This document shows positions 28,306 through 38,332 of a stretch of 64,000 bases of DNA, piece by piece. Source of the stretch: an uncultured Candidatus Saccharibacteria bacterium (GTDB lineage: Bacteria > Patescibacteriota > Saccharimonadia > Saccharimonadales > Saccharimonadaceae); assembly GCA_964407405.1 (NCBI GenBank), contig CAYOVH010000002.1:184053-248052 (forward strand). The letters are read 5' to 3'. Numbering within the stretch: position 1 is the stretch's first letter; the number at the start of each line of letters is the position of its first letter. The notes under the pieces are model-generated. The model was not told where the DNA came from. It did no database searches and saw nothing but the letters and a program-made list of their open reading frames with translations. The translations under genes were made by a program, and so were the position numbers.

Positions 28306-29926
28306 CATCTGTGTACTTTGGCAACACGAAGCTGAATGTAGATCCATGATTAAGTCGACTTTTGACAGCAATAGTTGTACCGAGTTTCTTCGCAAGCTTT
28401 ACGGCGACATAGAGGCCTAGGCCAGTACCGTTTGTTTCGCGAGTACGATAGTCCTCGGCACGGTAAAATTTTTGGAAGATTTTGATCTGATCGGTTTTTG
28501 ATATACCAATACCAGTGTCTTCGATAGCAAAAGTGATTTCATCATTTTTGGCTTGGACATGAAAGGTGACGTGGCCCTTTTTGGTGTACTTGATAGCATT
28601 GGTGATAAAATCCTGGAGCAGCTCTTCAAGATAAAGGCGGCTAACATTGACGTTGCCTGGATGCCCAACAATCGAAAGATTGAACGATAGTCCCCTCTTT
28701 TGTGCTTGCTCGGTATACTTATCGTGAAGATCATGGGCCATTTTTGTGACATTGATGACCTCGGCGCTATCGGCAACACCGCGTTCGGCTCGTGAAAGCG
28801 TACTGAGGTCATTCACCATCTTAGATAAGAAAATTATCTGGTCATGGGCAAGTGTAAATGTCTTGATGACAGCCTCTGTGTCTAGGGTAGATTGGTCAAA
28901 GATTACTCTGGCGTTATCAATTGCCCCTTCTGCAACAGCAATTGGCGTCCTAAGTTCGTGACTGACGACGCTAATAAATTCGTCTCGCTCTTCTTCAAGA
29001 CTTTTCGCCTTTGTGACGTCACGAATAATGATGACGTAGCCATAGGAGTCTTCTTTGACTTTAGCATGTTCGGAGCTGGCGCGAATTGGTGCGTAGGTGA
29101 TTTCTAGGCGCATTTCTTCTTCTCCAATAGTTGCCACAAATCCATCTTCGATTGTGACGCTGCGTGCTTCGTGTAGGAGCGGAACGAGATGAGTGGGTGT
29201 GTCATCCAACTTGAGCTTGAGGACATCATCGATTTGCTGGCCGTCTAGCCCGGTGTTGGTATCCAGTAGATTGAGGGCGGCTGCATTATACACTTCGATG
29301 GTACCTTTTTCGTCGGTGCTGATGACAGCATCAGCGAGATTATTGACGAGCGTCAGGATGCGATCACGCTGCAGAGCCTCGCCTTTCTGGCTGGCAGCAA
29401 GTGCGATGTGGTCAATGCCCTTTATTTGACTGATGACGATTGCTGCCACAGCAACCAGCAGCGTTGCTATACCTTGCGTTAGGTTGTAGGGCAATAGGTG
29501 GGCATTTTCGGGTATTATAATGCCGTCAATCAGTAGTACGCTTAGGAAACACGCGATACTGATCAAAATACCAGTGTATGAAAAATAGACGAAGCTTGCC
29601 AGGTAAAGCAAGGCCCAGGCGCACAAGAAAGGAGCTGACACGCCAGATATCAGCAAAACATACAACGCTGCGAATACATGGTGTAGCCCGGTATAAATGG
29701 CCATTCTAAGAGGTGTTGTCGCCAGATGAGTGAATTGATAGATCGAAAAGGCCACCCACGTGCTCATGAGAGAAATAAATATGGCGATGCTGTGATAGTT
29801 TTCGCTTTGAATTACGCCTGCTGCAACAAAGACTCCGTAGACTAAGAGTAATAGCGAACCAGCGAGTGCTATGCCGCTCATTTTTTTCAAAATCTGATGA
29901 CTGTAGAGTGCCCCGCCCTTTTTCAT
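28259..29926 (-). CDS. sensor histidine kinase (multi-TM N-terminus, PAS-like, HisKA, HATPase)
   Basis: H-box VSHELRTPIAV, G-box GTGLGLYVAVKLAKKLG. No cognate response regulator is adjacent. Confidence 0.9.
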   Translation of the reverse strand: MKKGGALYSHQILKKMSGIALAGSLLLLVYGVFVAAGVIQSENYHSIAIFISLMSTWVAFSIYQFTHLATTPLRMAIYTGLHHVFAALYVLLISGVSAPFLCAWALLYLASFVYFSYTGILISIACFLSVLLIDGIIIPENAHLLPYNLTQGIATLLVAVAAIVISQIKGIDHIALAASQKGEALQRDRILTLVNNLADAVISTDEKGTIEVYNAAALNLLDTNTGLDGQQIDDVLKLKLDDTPTHLVPLLHEARSVTIEDGFVATIGEEEMRLEITYAPIRASSEHAKVKEDSYGYVIIIRDVTKAKSLEEERDEFISVVSHELRTPIAVAEGAIDNARVIFDQSTLDTEAVIKTFTLAHDQIIFLSKMVNDLSTLSRAERGVADSAEVINVTKMAHDLHDKYTEQAQKRGLSFNLSIVGHPGNVNVSRLYLEELLQDFITNAIKYTKKGHVTFHVQAKNDEITFAIEDTGIGISKTDQIKIFQKFYRAEDYRTRETNGTGLGLYVAVKLAKKLGTTIAVKSRLNHGSTFSFVLPKYTDVTHLASNTSDSPSHQ

Positions 29927-29954
29927 GCTGGGCTTAGTATATCATAAACAGGAG

Positions 29955-30644
29955 CTAGATAGCGGTAGGTGTTTCTTGTTTGAGGCGCTTGCGGTGCTGC
30001 TTGAATTCCGGATCGCAGCTTTCGACAAGTTGCCAGAATGTTTGACTGTGATTCATCTCTCGGGTATGGCATAGCTCGTGAAGTAACACATAATCGATCA
30101 GCTCAAAATCCAGCTTCATGAGTGCAATGTTGAGGCTGATCGTTCCATTTGAACTGCAACTCCCCCATCTGGTCGAGGCATGAGAAAAACGTGCCCGCAA
30201 GTAGGAGAAGCTATACATGTTGGCCAGGTATGAGAGACGTTTTGGTAGATAGCTCTTTGCTTCTTTGCGCAAGGCAGTGATAAAGACGGGTTGCAGTGTA
30301 TCAATCACCGATGAATCACTGAGCTGTAGCTGCTCAGGAAGTGAGAGATAAATAACTCGGCCGCGAATCGTGGCCTCAAGACGACCGGTATGTCGTATCT
30401 CCAGATGGTGGCTTTTACCGATCTGCATGCCTTGGGTGATTATCAAGTTGTGTCGCGGGGCAAGCATAGAGCGAATGTCTCCTCTAGAGGTAGCGACGAG
30501 GCGTTTGGCCATGAAGACCGGTGCATACATAGGCATACTAATACGAAGTGTGCCACTTGGAGCAACAGAAAGCTTGATATTTTTAGCTAGTTTTGAACGC
30601 CGAATCGTGATCTCGCCGAATTCGCTGTCGTGAAAAACAGCCAT
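29955..30644 (-). CDS. YgjP-like (DUF45/M48-type) metal-dependent hydrolase
   Basis: HExxH-type motif LLHELCHTREMNHS near the C-terminus. Confidence 0.8.
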   Translation of the reverse strand: MAVFHDSEFGEITIRRSKLAKNIKLSVAPSGTLRISMPMYAPVFMAKRLVATSRGDIRSMLAPRHNLIITQGMQIGKSHHLEIRHTGRLEATIRGRVIYLSLPEQLQLSDSSVIDTLQPVFITALRKEAKSYLPKRLSYLANMYSFSYLRARFSHASTRWGSCSSNGTISLNIALMKLDFELIDYVLLHELCHTREMNHSQTFWQLVESCDPEFKQHRKRLKQETPTAI

Positions 30645-30650
30645 TGTAAG

Positions 30651-31196
30651 TTACCGTACCGTTGTTGATCCCGGTCGCCGGGGAGTTACTCGAGAGGCAG
30701 TTGCGGCACGCGAGGCAACAATTCGCTTCAGGACAGTTTTTACCTGAGATGCATAGGTATGACGGCCGCTGATGACAAGGGCTTTTTCACTGGCGTGTGG
30801 TGCGTCAAATTGACTTGCTTCGTCTTCAAAGAATCCTTCATCGTGTCCGCTTCGCAGAGCTCGTTGCTTGGCAATGTCACGTTCGGTCTGCACCCACACC
30901 GTGACGGGTTCGTAGCCTTTTTTGCGGAGATATTTATTGAATTCCAGACGCTCTTTGTAGTTTGAGCTGCCAGCATCGATAATGAGTGATTGCTTGGTCT
31001 TGAGTAGCTCGTCGATAAAGAGGTAGACTAGCTCCAGTCCAGCGGTGTCATCGGAGCCGCGTGTAGCAATAAAATTGATATCAACAACAGGCGTATTGAA
31101 TATCTCTGAAAATTTCTTCGAAAAGTGAGTTTTGCCACTGCCTGGAATCCCGACCATGACAATAGCATGCTGCTGCAGAAGACTGAGGGATGTCAT
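30651..31196 (-). CDS. P-loop ATPase/kinase (AAA_33-like)
   Basis: Walker A GIPGSGKTHF. Small kinase-like fold. Confidence 0.7.
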   Translation of the reverse strand: MTSLSLLQQHAIVMVGIPGSGKTHFSKKFSEIFNTPVVDINFIATRGSDDTAGLELVYLFIDELLKTKQSLIIDAGSSNYKERLEFNKYLRKKGYEPVTVWVQTERDIAKQRALRSGHDEGFFEDEASQFDAPHASEKALVISGRHTYASQVKTVLKRIVASRAATASRVTPRRPGSTTVR

Positions 31197-31214
31197 GAAA
31201 ATAGTATACCAAAA

Positions 31215-31874
31215 TTATGAACTACTGTCGCTGCCAAGCTCGAGAAGTGTATTGATGAGCTCGTCATGCCCCAGATGTTCTGTGTCGATATGGTCATGCT
31301 GGGCCGTGAAGTATCCTTGGATAATCCGTTTTAGATAGAGGGCGTCTTTGCGCCAAAAATAGTTGATGACAAAATGATCGGTCGAATTCATGACGCGTGA
31401 TGAAATCGTCAGTGAGCCAAAGAGAGGCCCGATACTACAGGCGACGTTGAGAATATCATCGATACGAATACTGATCACGTCTGCCGACCAGAAAAAGGTA
31501 CGCTTTATGATAGTGATATTTGTACGATCGACAGTAACTGTGTCAGGGAAAATATTTACGGGGAGAATAACAGTGCTGGCTGTAGCTAAGACCTCGTGAG
31601 AGCGTCGCACGACTTCGTCAATATCAGGCTCGTCAGCTTTCTTGACGGCTATTTTCTTGCCAAAAAGTAATCTATCTGGACTGATGGCGGGCTTGCGTGC
31701 TTTTGGTTTGGGCCGACTTGTGTCATTTTTGATGAATTTCCATGTGACGTCCAGTGTCTTCGTAGCGGTGCGTCCGAGTTTTCTGCTCTGGCGCATCAAG
31801 AGTTCATATGGGTTTGCGCGCGCAGCGTCGTCCGTTACCGTTCGCGGGGCATTGTCTGCTCGTTCTTCCTGCAT
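31215..31874 (-). CDS. bacterial PH-domain (YdbT/DUF304-like) protein
   Basis: Start trimmed to ATG 31874, because the track ORF runs into tRNA-Trp. C-terminal FWSADVISIRIDDILNVACSIGPLFGSLTISS resembles bPH_2. Confidence 0.55.
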   Translation of the reverse strand: MQEERADNAPRTVTDDAARANPYELLMRQSRKLGRTATKTLDVTWKFIKNDTSRPKPKARKPAISPDRLLFGKKIAVKKADEPDIDEVVRRSHEVLATASTVILPVNIFPDTVTVDRTNITIIKRTFFWSADVISIRIDDILNVACSIGPLFGSLTISSRVMNSTDHFVINYFWRKDALYLKRIIQGYFTAQHDHIDTEHLGHDELINTLLELGSDSSS

Positions 31875-32009
31875 CGCACACACCTCCGTTATGCTACTTC
31901 TATTGTAGCATACTCCATCTGAGTGGTTCCTGAAATTACCTCCAAGAGCCGAGCAGGTAGTTCGCAACTGTAGGAACCATGGAGTATGAGTAAGTATTTC
32001 AAATAATCC

Positions 32010-32086
32010 TGGCAGGAGTGGAGGGACTTGAACCCCCGACACCCGGTTTTGGAGACCGGTGCTCTAGCCACCTGAGCTACACTCCT
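32010..32086 (-). tRNA. tRNA-Trp (anticodon CCA)
   Basis: Reverse complement AGGAGTGTAGCTCAGGTGGCTAGAGCACCGGTCTCCAAAACCGGGTGTCGGGGGTTCAAGTCCCTCCACTCCTGCCA. Confidence 0.9.
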
Positions 32087-32197
32087 ATCGGTACCCATTG
32101 TAGCACATTAGGTTACCACATTTACCTCGTAAAACAAGGTTGACGTACAACCATAAGCGACTCTATACTGTAGTTAGAATAAAAAGCGAGAGGTGGA

Positions 32198-33424
32198 ATG
32201 AACATACTCATGCTCGGGTGGGAGCTCCCGCCACATAACAGCGGTGGTTTAGGGGTAGCATGCTATCACATGTCAAAAGCGTTGGCCCAAAAGGGCGCTG
32301 CGATTGATTTTGTTGTGCCGTATCGGGCTGAACATCCGAATGTGTCTTTTATGCGTGTTCATGCAGCGACTGAACTCTCGCCACTACACCACTATGGATT
32401 TGGGGTGTACGATACGTATGACGAGTCGATCGAGTATCGGGACCATATGGGAGAACTGAGCTTGCGTGATATACAGGCACGCTATGTTACCTTTGTCGAA
32501 GAGTTCGTGGCCGATTCGGACTATGACGCAATCCATGTCCATGATTGGTTGACTATGGAGGCTGGCATGCGAGTGAAAGAATTGACTGGCAAGCCACTCG
32601 TCGCCCACGTGCATGCGACGGAATTTGATCGCTCTGGCGGTAGCTATGGTAATCCGCTCGTTCATGAGATCGAATACGACGGGCTTATGATGGCCGACCG
32701 GATCATCGCGGTGAGCGAGCTGACCAAGCAACTCATCATCAAGCACTATCATATTCCAGCGGACAAGATAGAGGTCATACACAACGGTCTCGATATCGAT
32801 AGCTTGGCTGGTTTTGAGTATGACTGGCGTACGTATCACTATCTTGAGGAGCTGAAGAATCACGGGCATACCGTGGTTGCAACCGTTACACGTTTTACTA
32901 TCCAGAAAGGACTTATCTATCTCATGCGTGCTGCAGCTCGCGCGTCTGAAAAGCACGACAAGTTGGTCTTTTTGTTTGCGGGAGACGGTGAGCAGCGCGA
33001 TGAGCTATTGAGATTGTCAGCTGAATTGGGGATATCTGACAAAGTGTTCTTTACTGGATTCGTTCGCGGCAAGCAATGGCGTGATGCCTATAAGGTGGCA
33101 GATGTCTTTGTGATGAGTTCGGTTAGTGAACCATTTGGTATTACGGCACTCGAGGCAGCTTACTACGAAGATGCAGTGATTTTGACAAAACAGTCAGGCG
33201 TCGGCGAAGCGCTTCATAATGTTTTGCGCTATGATTTTTGGGATGTCGACAGGTTAGCCGATCAGCTTGTTGCTGTGGCGACCTCCCCTGCCCTGCGAGA
33301 AACATTGAAGGAAAATGTCAGAGCTGAATACACGCGGCTATCGTGGCACAAAGTAGCTGATCGTTGCTTGGAACTCTATCATCAGTTGCGTCCGCACGTA
33401 CCCATTTCAGGAGCGCATACATGA
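32198..33424 (+). CDS. GT4-type glycosyltransferase (glycogen/alpha-glucan synthase-like)
   Basis: MNILMLGWELPPHNSGGLGVACYHMSKALAQKG. C-terminal EPFGITALEA motif. Confidence 0.8.
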   Translation: MNILMLGWELPPHNSGGLGVACYHMSKALAQKGAAIDFVVPYRAEHPNVSFMRVHAATELSPLHHYGFGVYDTYDESIEYRDHMGELSLRDIQARYVTFVEEFVADSDYDAIHVHDWLTMEAGMRVKELTGKPLVAHVHATEFDRSGGSYGNPLVHEIEYDGLMMADRIIAVSELTKQLIIKHYHIPADKIEVIHNGLDIDSLAGFEYDWRTYHYLEELKNHGHTVVATVTRFTIQKGLIYLMRAAARASEKHDKLVFLFAGDGEQRDELLRLSAELGISDKVFFTGFVRGKQWRDAYKVADVFVMSSVSEPFGITALEAAYYEDAVILTKQSGVGEALHNVLRYDFWDVDRLADQLVAVATSPALRETLKENVRAEYTRLSWHKVADRCLELYHQLRPHVPISGAHT

Positions 33425-34644
33425 GCACACATGGTTTAGTGTTGTACCTTCATGTTCACCAGCCATGGCGAGTCAAACCATATTCAGTATTTGATATTGC
33501 GGGTGATCATCAGTACTTCAATAGTACCGAAGGTGATATGAACAATCGGGCGATCATAGAAAAAGTTTCTGAAAAAGCCTATCGTCCAATGAATCGGGCA
33601 CTTCTCGAACTGCTCCAAGGGTACCCGGAATTCAAGTTGTCACTCAGCATTACTGGTACATTTTTGGATCAGGCAGAGGCATGGGCACCAGATGTTGTCG
33701 ATGACTTTAAGAAATTGGTTGCAACCGGACGTGTTGAGATTGTGGCTGAAACATATGAGCATAGCTTAGCCTTTTTCTTTAGCCGAGATGAGTTTGAAGC
33801 ACAGGTCAAAAAGCATAAAGAGCGGGTTGAAGAGCTTTTTGGTGTCACGCCAACTGCGTTTCGTAATACAGAGTTGGCTTACAATGATGATCTGGCACGT
33901 TGGGCGGACGACGCCGGCTACAAGGCTATCCTCGCCGAGGGTTGGGGTCCGATGCTGGGTTGGCGAAGTCCCAACTATGTCTATCGACCACCTGAAACAA
34001 AGAATATCAAGCTACTTTTAAAGAATTATCAGCTTAGTGATGATCTAGCCTTCCGCTTTGGCGATAAAAGTTGGAGCGGGTATCCGCTGACAGTCGATAG
34101 GTATAGTGAGTGGCTTCGCGATGCAACGCATGACGGCTCGATTGTAAATCTTCTCATGGACTATGAAACCTTTGGTGAACATCAGTGGGAAGATACGGGG
34201 ATATTTGATTTCTTCAAGGGGTTGATTGGCAATTGGGCCGAGCGTCCAGATCGCACATTCTATACTGTGACAGAAGCCGCTGACACGTTTGAAGCGGTTG
34301 ATGAAGTAAGCGCGCCACGTACAGTGACATGGGCCGATACCGAGCGAGATCTCACTGCGTGGCTCGGTAATGCCATGCAGCACGAAGCGATGCGGCACCT
34401 GTATGCACTCGAGCACGACGTCTTGCATTCTGGCGACAATGATCTCATTGATGATTGGCGCAAATTGCAGACATCGGATCACGCCTACTATATGTGCACG
34501 AAATGGTTTAATGATGGTGATGTGCATGCATATTTTAGCCCGTACAATTCCCCGTACGATGCCTTTATGTATTATATGAATGCGATTCGCGACCTTAGGT
34601 TCCGTCTTGTAAGTGATCTACGCATAGGAGGACCGCGTGGCTAG
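33421..34644 (+). CDS. glycoside hydrolase family 57 protein
   Basis: LVLYLHVHQPWRV N-terminus and ETFGEHQWED region. ATG 33421 overlaps the upstream stop (ATGA). Confidence 0.8.
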   Translation: MSTHGLVLYLHVHQPWRVKPYSVFDIAGDHQYFNSTEGDMNNRAIIEKVSEKAYRPMNRALLELLQGYPEFKLSLSITGTFLDQAEAWAPDVVDDFKKLVATGRVEIVAETYEHSLAFFFSRDEFEAQVKKHKERVEELFGVTPTAFRNTELAYNDDLARWADDAGYKAILAEGWGPMLGWRSPNYVYRPPETKNIKLLLKNYQLSDDLAFRFGDKSWSGYPLTVDRYSEWLRDATHDGSIVNLLMDYETFGEHQWEDTGIFDFFKGLIGNWAERPDRTFYTVTEAADTFEAVDEVSAPRTVTWADTERDLTAWLGNAMQHEAMRHLYALEHDVLHSGDNDLIDDWRKLQTSDHAYYMCTKWFNDGDVHAYFSPYNSPYDAFMYYMNAIRDLRFRLVSDLRIGGPRG

Positions 34645-36586
34645 GCCGATAGTTCTTTCAAATGGCGAACTTCATATCGGTTTGAACAATTTCGGGCTTG
34701 TACACGATTTTTATTTTCCTTATGTGGGATTAGAGAATCATTCGGCGGGTCAAAATATGCGGCACAAGGTCGGTGTATGGGTTGATGACCAGTTGTCCTG
34801 GTTGGACGACGGGTCGTGGGATATTCGTTTTCAAAGTGCCGATGAAGCCTTGATCGGGCACGTCAGAGCAAAACATAAAGATTTGCAAGTTGTCGTTGAA
34901 TTTGATGATTTTGTTGGTGCTAGTGATAATCTTTTTTTCAGGAATATTCATGTCATCAATCTAGCGCCAGGGCGACGCGACATTCGATTGTTTATGCATC
35001 AGGCATTTGTCATCGGTGATTCGCGTAGCAATACGGATACGGCGCAGTATTTGCCGAGTTCTGATGCCCTGCTCCACTATCACGGTCGGCGTGCATTTGT
35101 CATCGGTGGACGCAAACAAGATGGTCAGCCCTTTGACCAGCATGCGATTGGTCTGTTTGGTATTGAGGGCCACGAAGGAACGTGGCGCGATGCTGAGGAT
35201 GGAGAACTTTCCAATGGCAATATTGAACATGGTAGAGTTGATTCGACTGTCAGATTTCGATTTGAGATTGATGGGCAGAACTCAAGCCGGGCCCACTATT
35301 GGGTGGCGGCAGGTACGTCAACACGTGAGGCCTTGATTCTCAATAGGACTGTTCAGGAAAAAGGTCTGGATGACTTTTTGCAATCAACAATTGAATGGTG
35401 GCATAAATGGCTCGCACCAGTTCTTGAGACAGCCGAAAAGATACCTCGCGAGCATCGTGACGGATTGATCAAGGGAGCGATGATCATAAAATCGCACATT
35501 GATAATCGCGGCGCGGTAATCGCCAGTACAGATACGGCAATGTTGAACTATTCGCGCGATGCCTACGGCTATTGCTGGCCACGCGACGGTGCCTACTGCC
35601 TGTGGCCGTTTATTCGGATGGGCTATCGGGACGAACCAAAAAAGTTCTTTGAATTTTGTGCCGATGTACTGCATCCGCGCGGCTATTTGATGCACAAATA
35701 TCAGGCCGATGGTGCACTTGGGAGCAGCTGGCATCCCTACGTACACGAGTACGAAAACGGCGAAGTCACGGCCCCTCCGATTCAAGAAGATGAAACGGCT
35801 ATCGTGCTATTTATGTTTGCTCAGTTCTATCAAATCCAAGGAGATAAGGCGCTGCTCGAAGAATTCTATGAGCCGTTTATCAAAAAAATGGCGAACTTCA
35901 TGGCAACCAATCTCCAAAGTAGCACAGGATTGCCGCGTGCCAGTTATGATCTGTGGGAGGAAGTGTTCTTGACGACCACTTACACGACGTCTCTCGTCTA
36001 TGCCGCGCTGCTCGCCGCAGCCGATCTTGCTGATGTCGTTAATGACAAAAACAATGCTGTTCGCTGGCGAAGTGTTGCCGAGGATATCCGTAGTGCCGCT
36101 ACGAAGCACCTCTACAATAAAGACCTTGGCCACTTTAGAAAAGGCCTCATCTCCGTAAAGGGCACGGTGACATATGACGATACGCTTGATTGCTCAAGCT
36201 TCTTTGGTGCGTTTATGTACGGTCTTTTTGATGCTGGTAGCGAAGAGATTACTTCTACTCTCGAGGCGATTCATCGTGTATTAGGCGATGATGCGCAGCC
36301 CGGGCTGCCAAGGTACGAGAACGATAGTTACCAACGAGAAGATGGACGTCCAAGCAACTGGTGGTTTATCTGTAGTCTGTGGGTGGCGCAGTATTATCTT
36401 GAAGTTGGAAAAAGATCGGATGCCGAAGCGATTCTTGAATGGGTGCGATCCAAACGGACATCTACTGGTATGCTGACCGAACAGATAAGTCCGGTAACTG
36501 GAGAAGTGTTGTCAGTATCACCGCTAGCCTGGAGTGAGGCCGAGTATCTCGCGACGTTACTTGATCTTATCCCGGAGATTGACTAG
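34637..36586 (+). CDS. glycoside hydrolase family 15 (glucoamylase-like) protein
   Basis: GTG start with GGAGGA SD. YCWPRDGAY and an (alpha/alpha)6-type C-terminal domain. Confidence 0.8.
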   Translation: MARPIVLSNGELHIGLNNFGLVHDFYFPYVGLENHSAGQNMRHKVGVWVDDQLSWLDDGSWDIRFQSADEALIGHVRAKHKDLQVVVEFDDFVGASDNLFFRNIHVINLAPGRRDIRLFMHQAFVIGDSRSNTDTAQYLPSSDALLHYHGRRAFVIGGRKQDGQPFDQHAIGLFGIEGHEGTWRDAEDGELSNGNIEHGRVDSTVRFRFEIDGQNSSRAHYWVAAGTSTREALILNRTVQEKGLDDFLQSTIEWWHKWLAPVLETAEKIPREHRDGLIKGAMIIKSHIDNRGAVIASTDTAMLNYSRDAYGYCWPRDGAYCLWPFIRMGYRDEPKKFFEFCADVLHPRGYLMHKYQADGALGSSWHPYVHEYENGEVTAPPIQEDETAIVLFMFAQFYQIQGDKALLEEFYEPFIKKMANFMATNLQSSTGLPRASYDLWEEVFLTTTYTTSLVYAALLAAADLADVVNDKNNAVRWRSVAEDIRSAATKHLYNKDLGHFRKGLISVKGTVTYDDTLDCSSFFGAFMYGLFDAGSEEITSTLEAIHRVLGDDAQPGLPRYENDSYQREDGRPSNWWFICSLWVAQYYLEVGKRSDAEAILEWVRSKRTSTGMLTEQISPVTGEVLSVSPLAWSEAEYLATLLDLIPEID

Positions 36587-37293
36587 TGAAACACAAGCTG
36601 CGACATATCGGGAAACGTCTGTCGCCAAAGCACATTGCCAGCCATCAAAATGCACGTAAGCTTATTGAATCTTTTGGTGCCGAGCACGGATTGGTGTATT
36701 TTGGTCATGTTTCGAGCAACGATGAATACCATATCGTACGCGGCTTGACGACATCTACTAGCCACAGGGATCTACATTACTGCGTAGGTACGTACCAGAC
36801 GTATGATGTGGCTTTTGTCGAGCGAAGCGATGATTTGTTGCATTCCGACAAAACGATAAAGCAAAAACACCATTGGCACATCATGGAATTTGATCTAAAG
36901 ACGACGGCAGAATTGCCCCACGTCTTTGTCGGGCCGCACGAGCACAACGAATCATTTTATCTGGAGCTATTTACCAAATTTCCCGAGCTGAGAGCATTGC
37001 ATCTTGGTAGCCTCGGGCCGTATGATCCGCGCTTTTTGGCCAACCATCGGGTATATGGATTGGCAGCACAAAGTATCGCTATCGAGAGGCTATTTCCGCC
37101 AGACATAGCAGCCACCATTACCAAGCATTTTGGCCGCCTGGCGATTGAGGTCAATCACAATTCGCTCTACATTTACAGTGAGCACCTCAAAGTATCGCAT
37201 AGCTTGCTGGAAAGCATGCTCAAAAATGGCCTGTGGCTATGCCAACACATCGATACGGTGGCACCGCATCTTTATGAAGCAAAGCAAAATTAA
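36586..37293 (+). CDS. hypothetical protein, translationally coupled to GH15
   Basis: GTG overlaps the TAG of the upstream gene by 1 nt. No recognised domain. Confidence 0.5.
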   Translation: MKHKLRHIGKRLSPKHIASHQNARKLIESFGAEHGLVYFGHVSSNDEYHIVRGLTTSTSHRDLHYCVGTYQTYDVAFVERSDDLLHSDKTIKQKHHWHIMEFDLKTTAELPHVFVGPHEHNESFYLELFTKFPELRALHLGSLGPYDPRFLANHRVYGLAAQSIAIERLFPPDIAATITKHFGRLAIEVNHNSLYIYSEHLKVSHSLLESMLKNGLWLCQHIDTVAPHLYEAKQN

Positions 37294-37333
37294 ACCCCCT
37301 ATATACGGAGGTCTTAATAGAGGATAAATATAT

Positions 37334-37540
37334 TTAGCCTTTGCGGGCTTTTACTTCATTGCGACCGAGATTTTTCTTGGTCTCAACATAAAGTGCATGC
37401 TTGCGCGCAATCGGATCGTATTTTTTGAGGGAAAGTTTGTCAGTGGTATTTTGCGTATTTTTCTTTGTGTAATACGTACGATGTCCGGTGAGCTGACTCA
37501 CCAAACCAACCAACTTTCGCTTCGTGTTCTTCTTTGCCAT
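37334..37540 (-). CDS. rpmG: 50S ribosomal protein L33
   Basis: KLVGLVSQLTGHRTYYTKKNTQNTTDKLSLKKYDPIARKHALYVE. Confidence 0.85.
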   Translation of the reverse strand: MAKKNTKRKLVGLVSQLTGHRTYYTKKNTQNTTDKLSLKKYDPIARKHALYVETKKNLGRNEVKARKG

Positions 37541-37609
37541 AGTTCTCTCTTAAAATTATTATTGCAAACTTCTGCTAATTATAGCAAAAAAATACGTCGA
37601 TGGCTAGGG

Positions 37610-37854
37610 TCAATTCGCAATCCAGTAGCGCCGCTTGTATTCCTCATCAGTTTGCCTAGTGTCTTCAAGCTTGCCGCCGAGCTTTTCGATCACGCTAGCG
37701 GAGGCAATGTTGTCGTTATCGCAAGTGACAAGCACCCTTTTGATATCAAGCTTATGTGCCTCGTCGAGACATAGCCGTAGCTTGCCAGAAATTTGCGTTT
37801 GAAATCTTCAACACGATCTTTGTGTTTGGGAGAAGGAATAATCAGTTTTATCAT
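37610..37854 (-). pseudogene. GNAT N-acetyltransferase remnant (internal deletion/frameshift)
   Basis: My translation gives an N-terminal piece MIKLIIPSPKHKDRVEDFKRKF. In another frame it gives a C-terminal piece LDEAHKLDIKRVLVTCDNDNIASASVIEKLGGKLEDTRQTDEEYKRRYWIAN*. The middle of the domain is missing. Confidence 0.55.
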
Positions 37855-37951
37855 AAATAACGGAACAATTTTACAAGTTTATTAGAATCAGTTTAACAGA
37901 TAGTAACCGATGAACCAAGCTTCGCTAAAAACAGATAAGGCCTGATATAAT

Positions 37952-38332
37952 ATGATTATGAAAAAGCAACTCTCAACAGACAACGCACCAAAGGCAGAGC
38001 ATATACTATCGCAAGGTATCGTTGTGGACAATACGGTTTATGTTGCTGGACAGATACACCAAAAGCCTAACGGTCAAATAGTTGAGGGTTCAGTCAAAGA
38101 AAAAGTAGAGCAAATAATGCAAAATATCTCTGCTATTTTGCACGAAGCGAACATAAGTCTAGACGATATTGTAAAAGTAGTCATCTATGTTACTGATATG
38201 GCGCAAATGCCAGAACTAAACGAAGTTTACCCAACATATTTCATAAAGCCGTTTCCCGTTCGTGAGGCGGTTGGCGTACAAGCGTTACCGCTCGGGGCGA
38301 CTATTGAGATCAGCGTGGTTGCGGTTAAGTGA
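37952..38332 (+). CDS. RidA/YjgF family protein
   Basis: PKAEHILSQGIVVDNTVYVAGQI...REAVGVQALPLGATIEI. Confidence 0.9.
   Translation: MIMKKQLSTDNAPKAEHILSQGIVVDNTVYVAGQIHQKPNGQIVEGSVKEKVEQIMQNISAILHEANISLDDIVKVVIYVTDMAQMPELNEVYPTYFIKPFPVREAVGVQALPLGATIEISVVAVK

Noticed and set aside
31874-32098. Upstream extension of ORF 31215-32042, and ORF 31889-32098
   Set aside because: Both read through tRNA-Trp (32010-32086).
37397-37774. Plus-strand 125-aa ORF
   Set aside because: The opposite strand shows clear GNAT N- and C-terminal fragments. The plus ORF is antisense to rpmG at its 5' end and to the GNAT remnant at its 3' end, and its translation is not protein-like.
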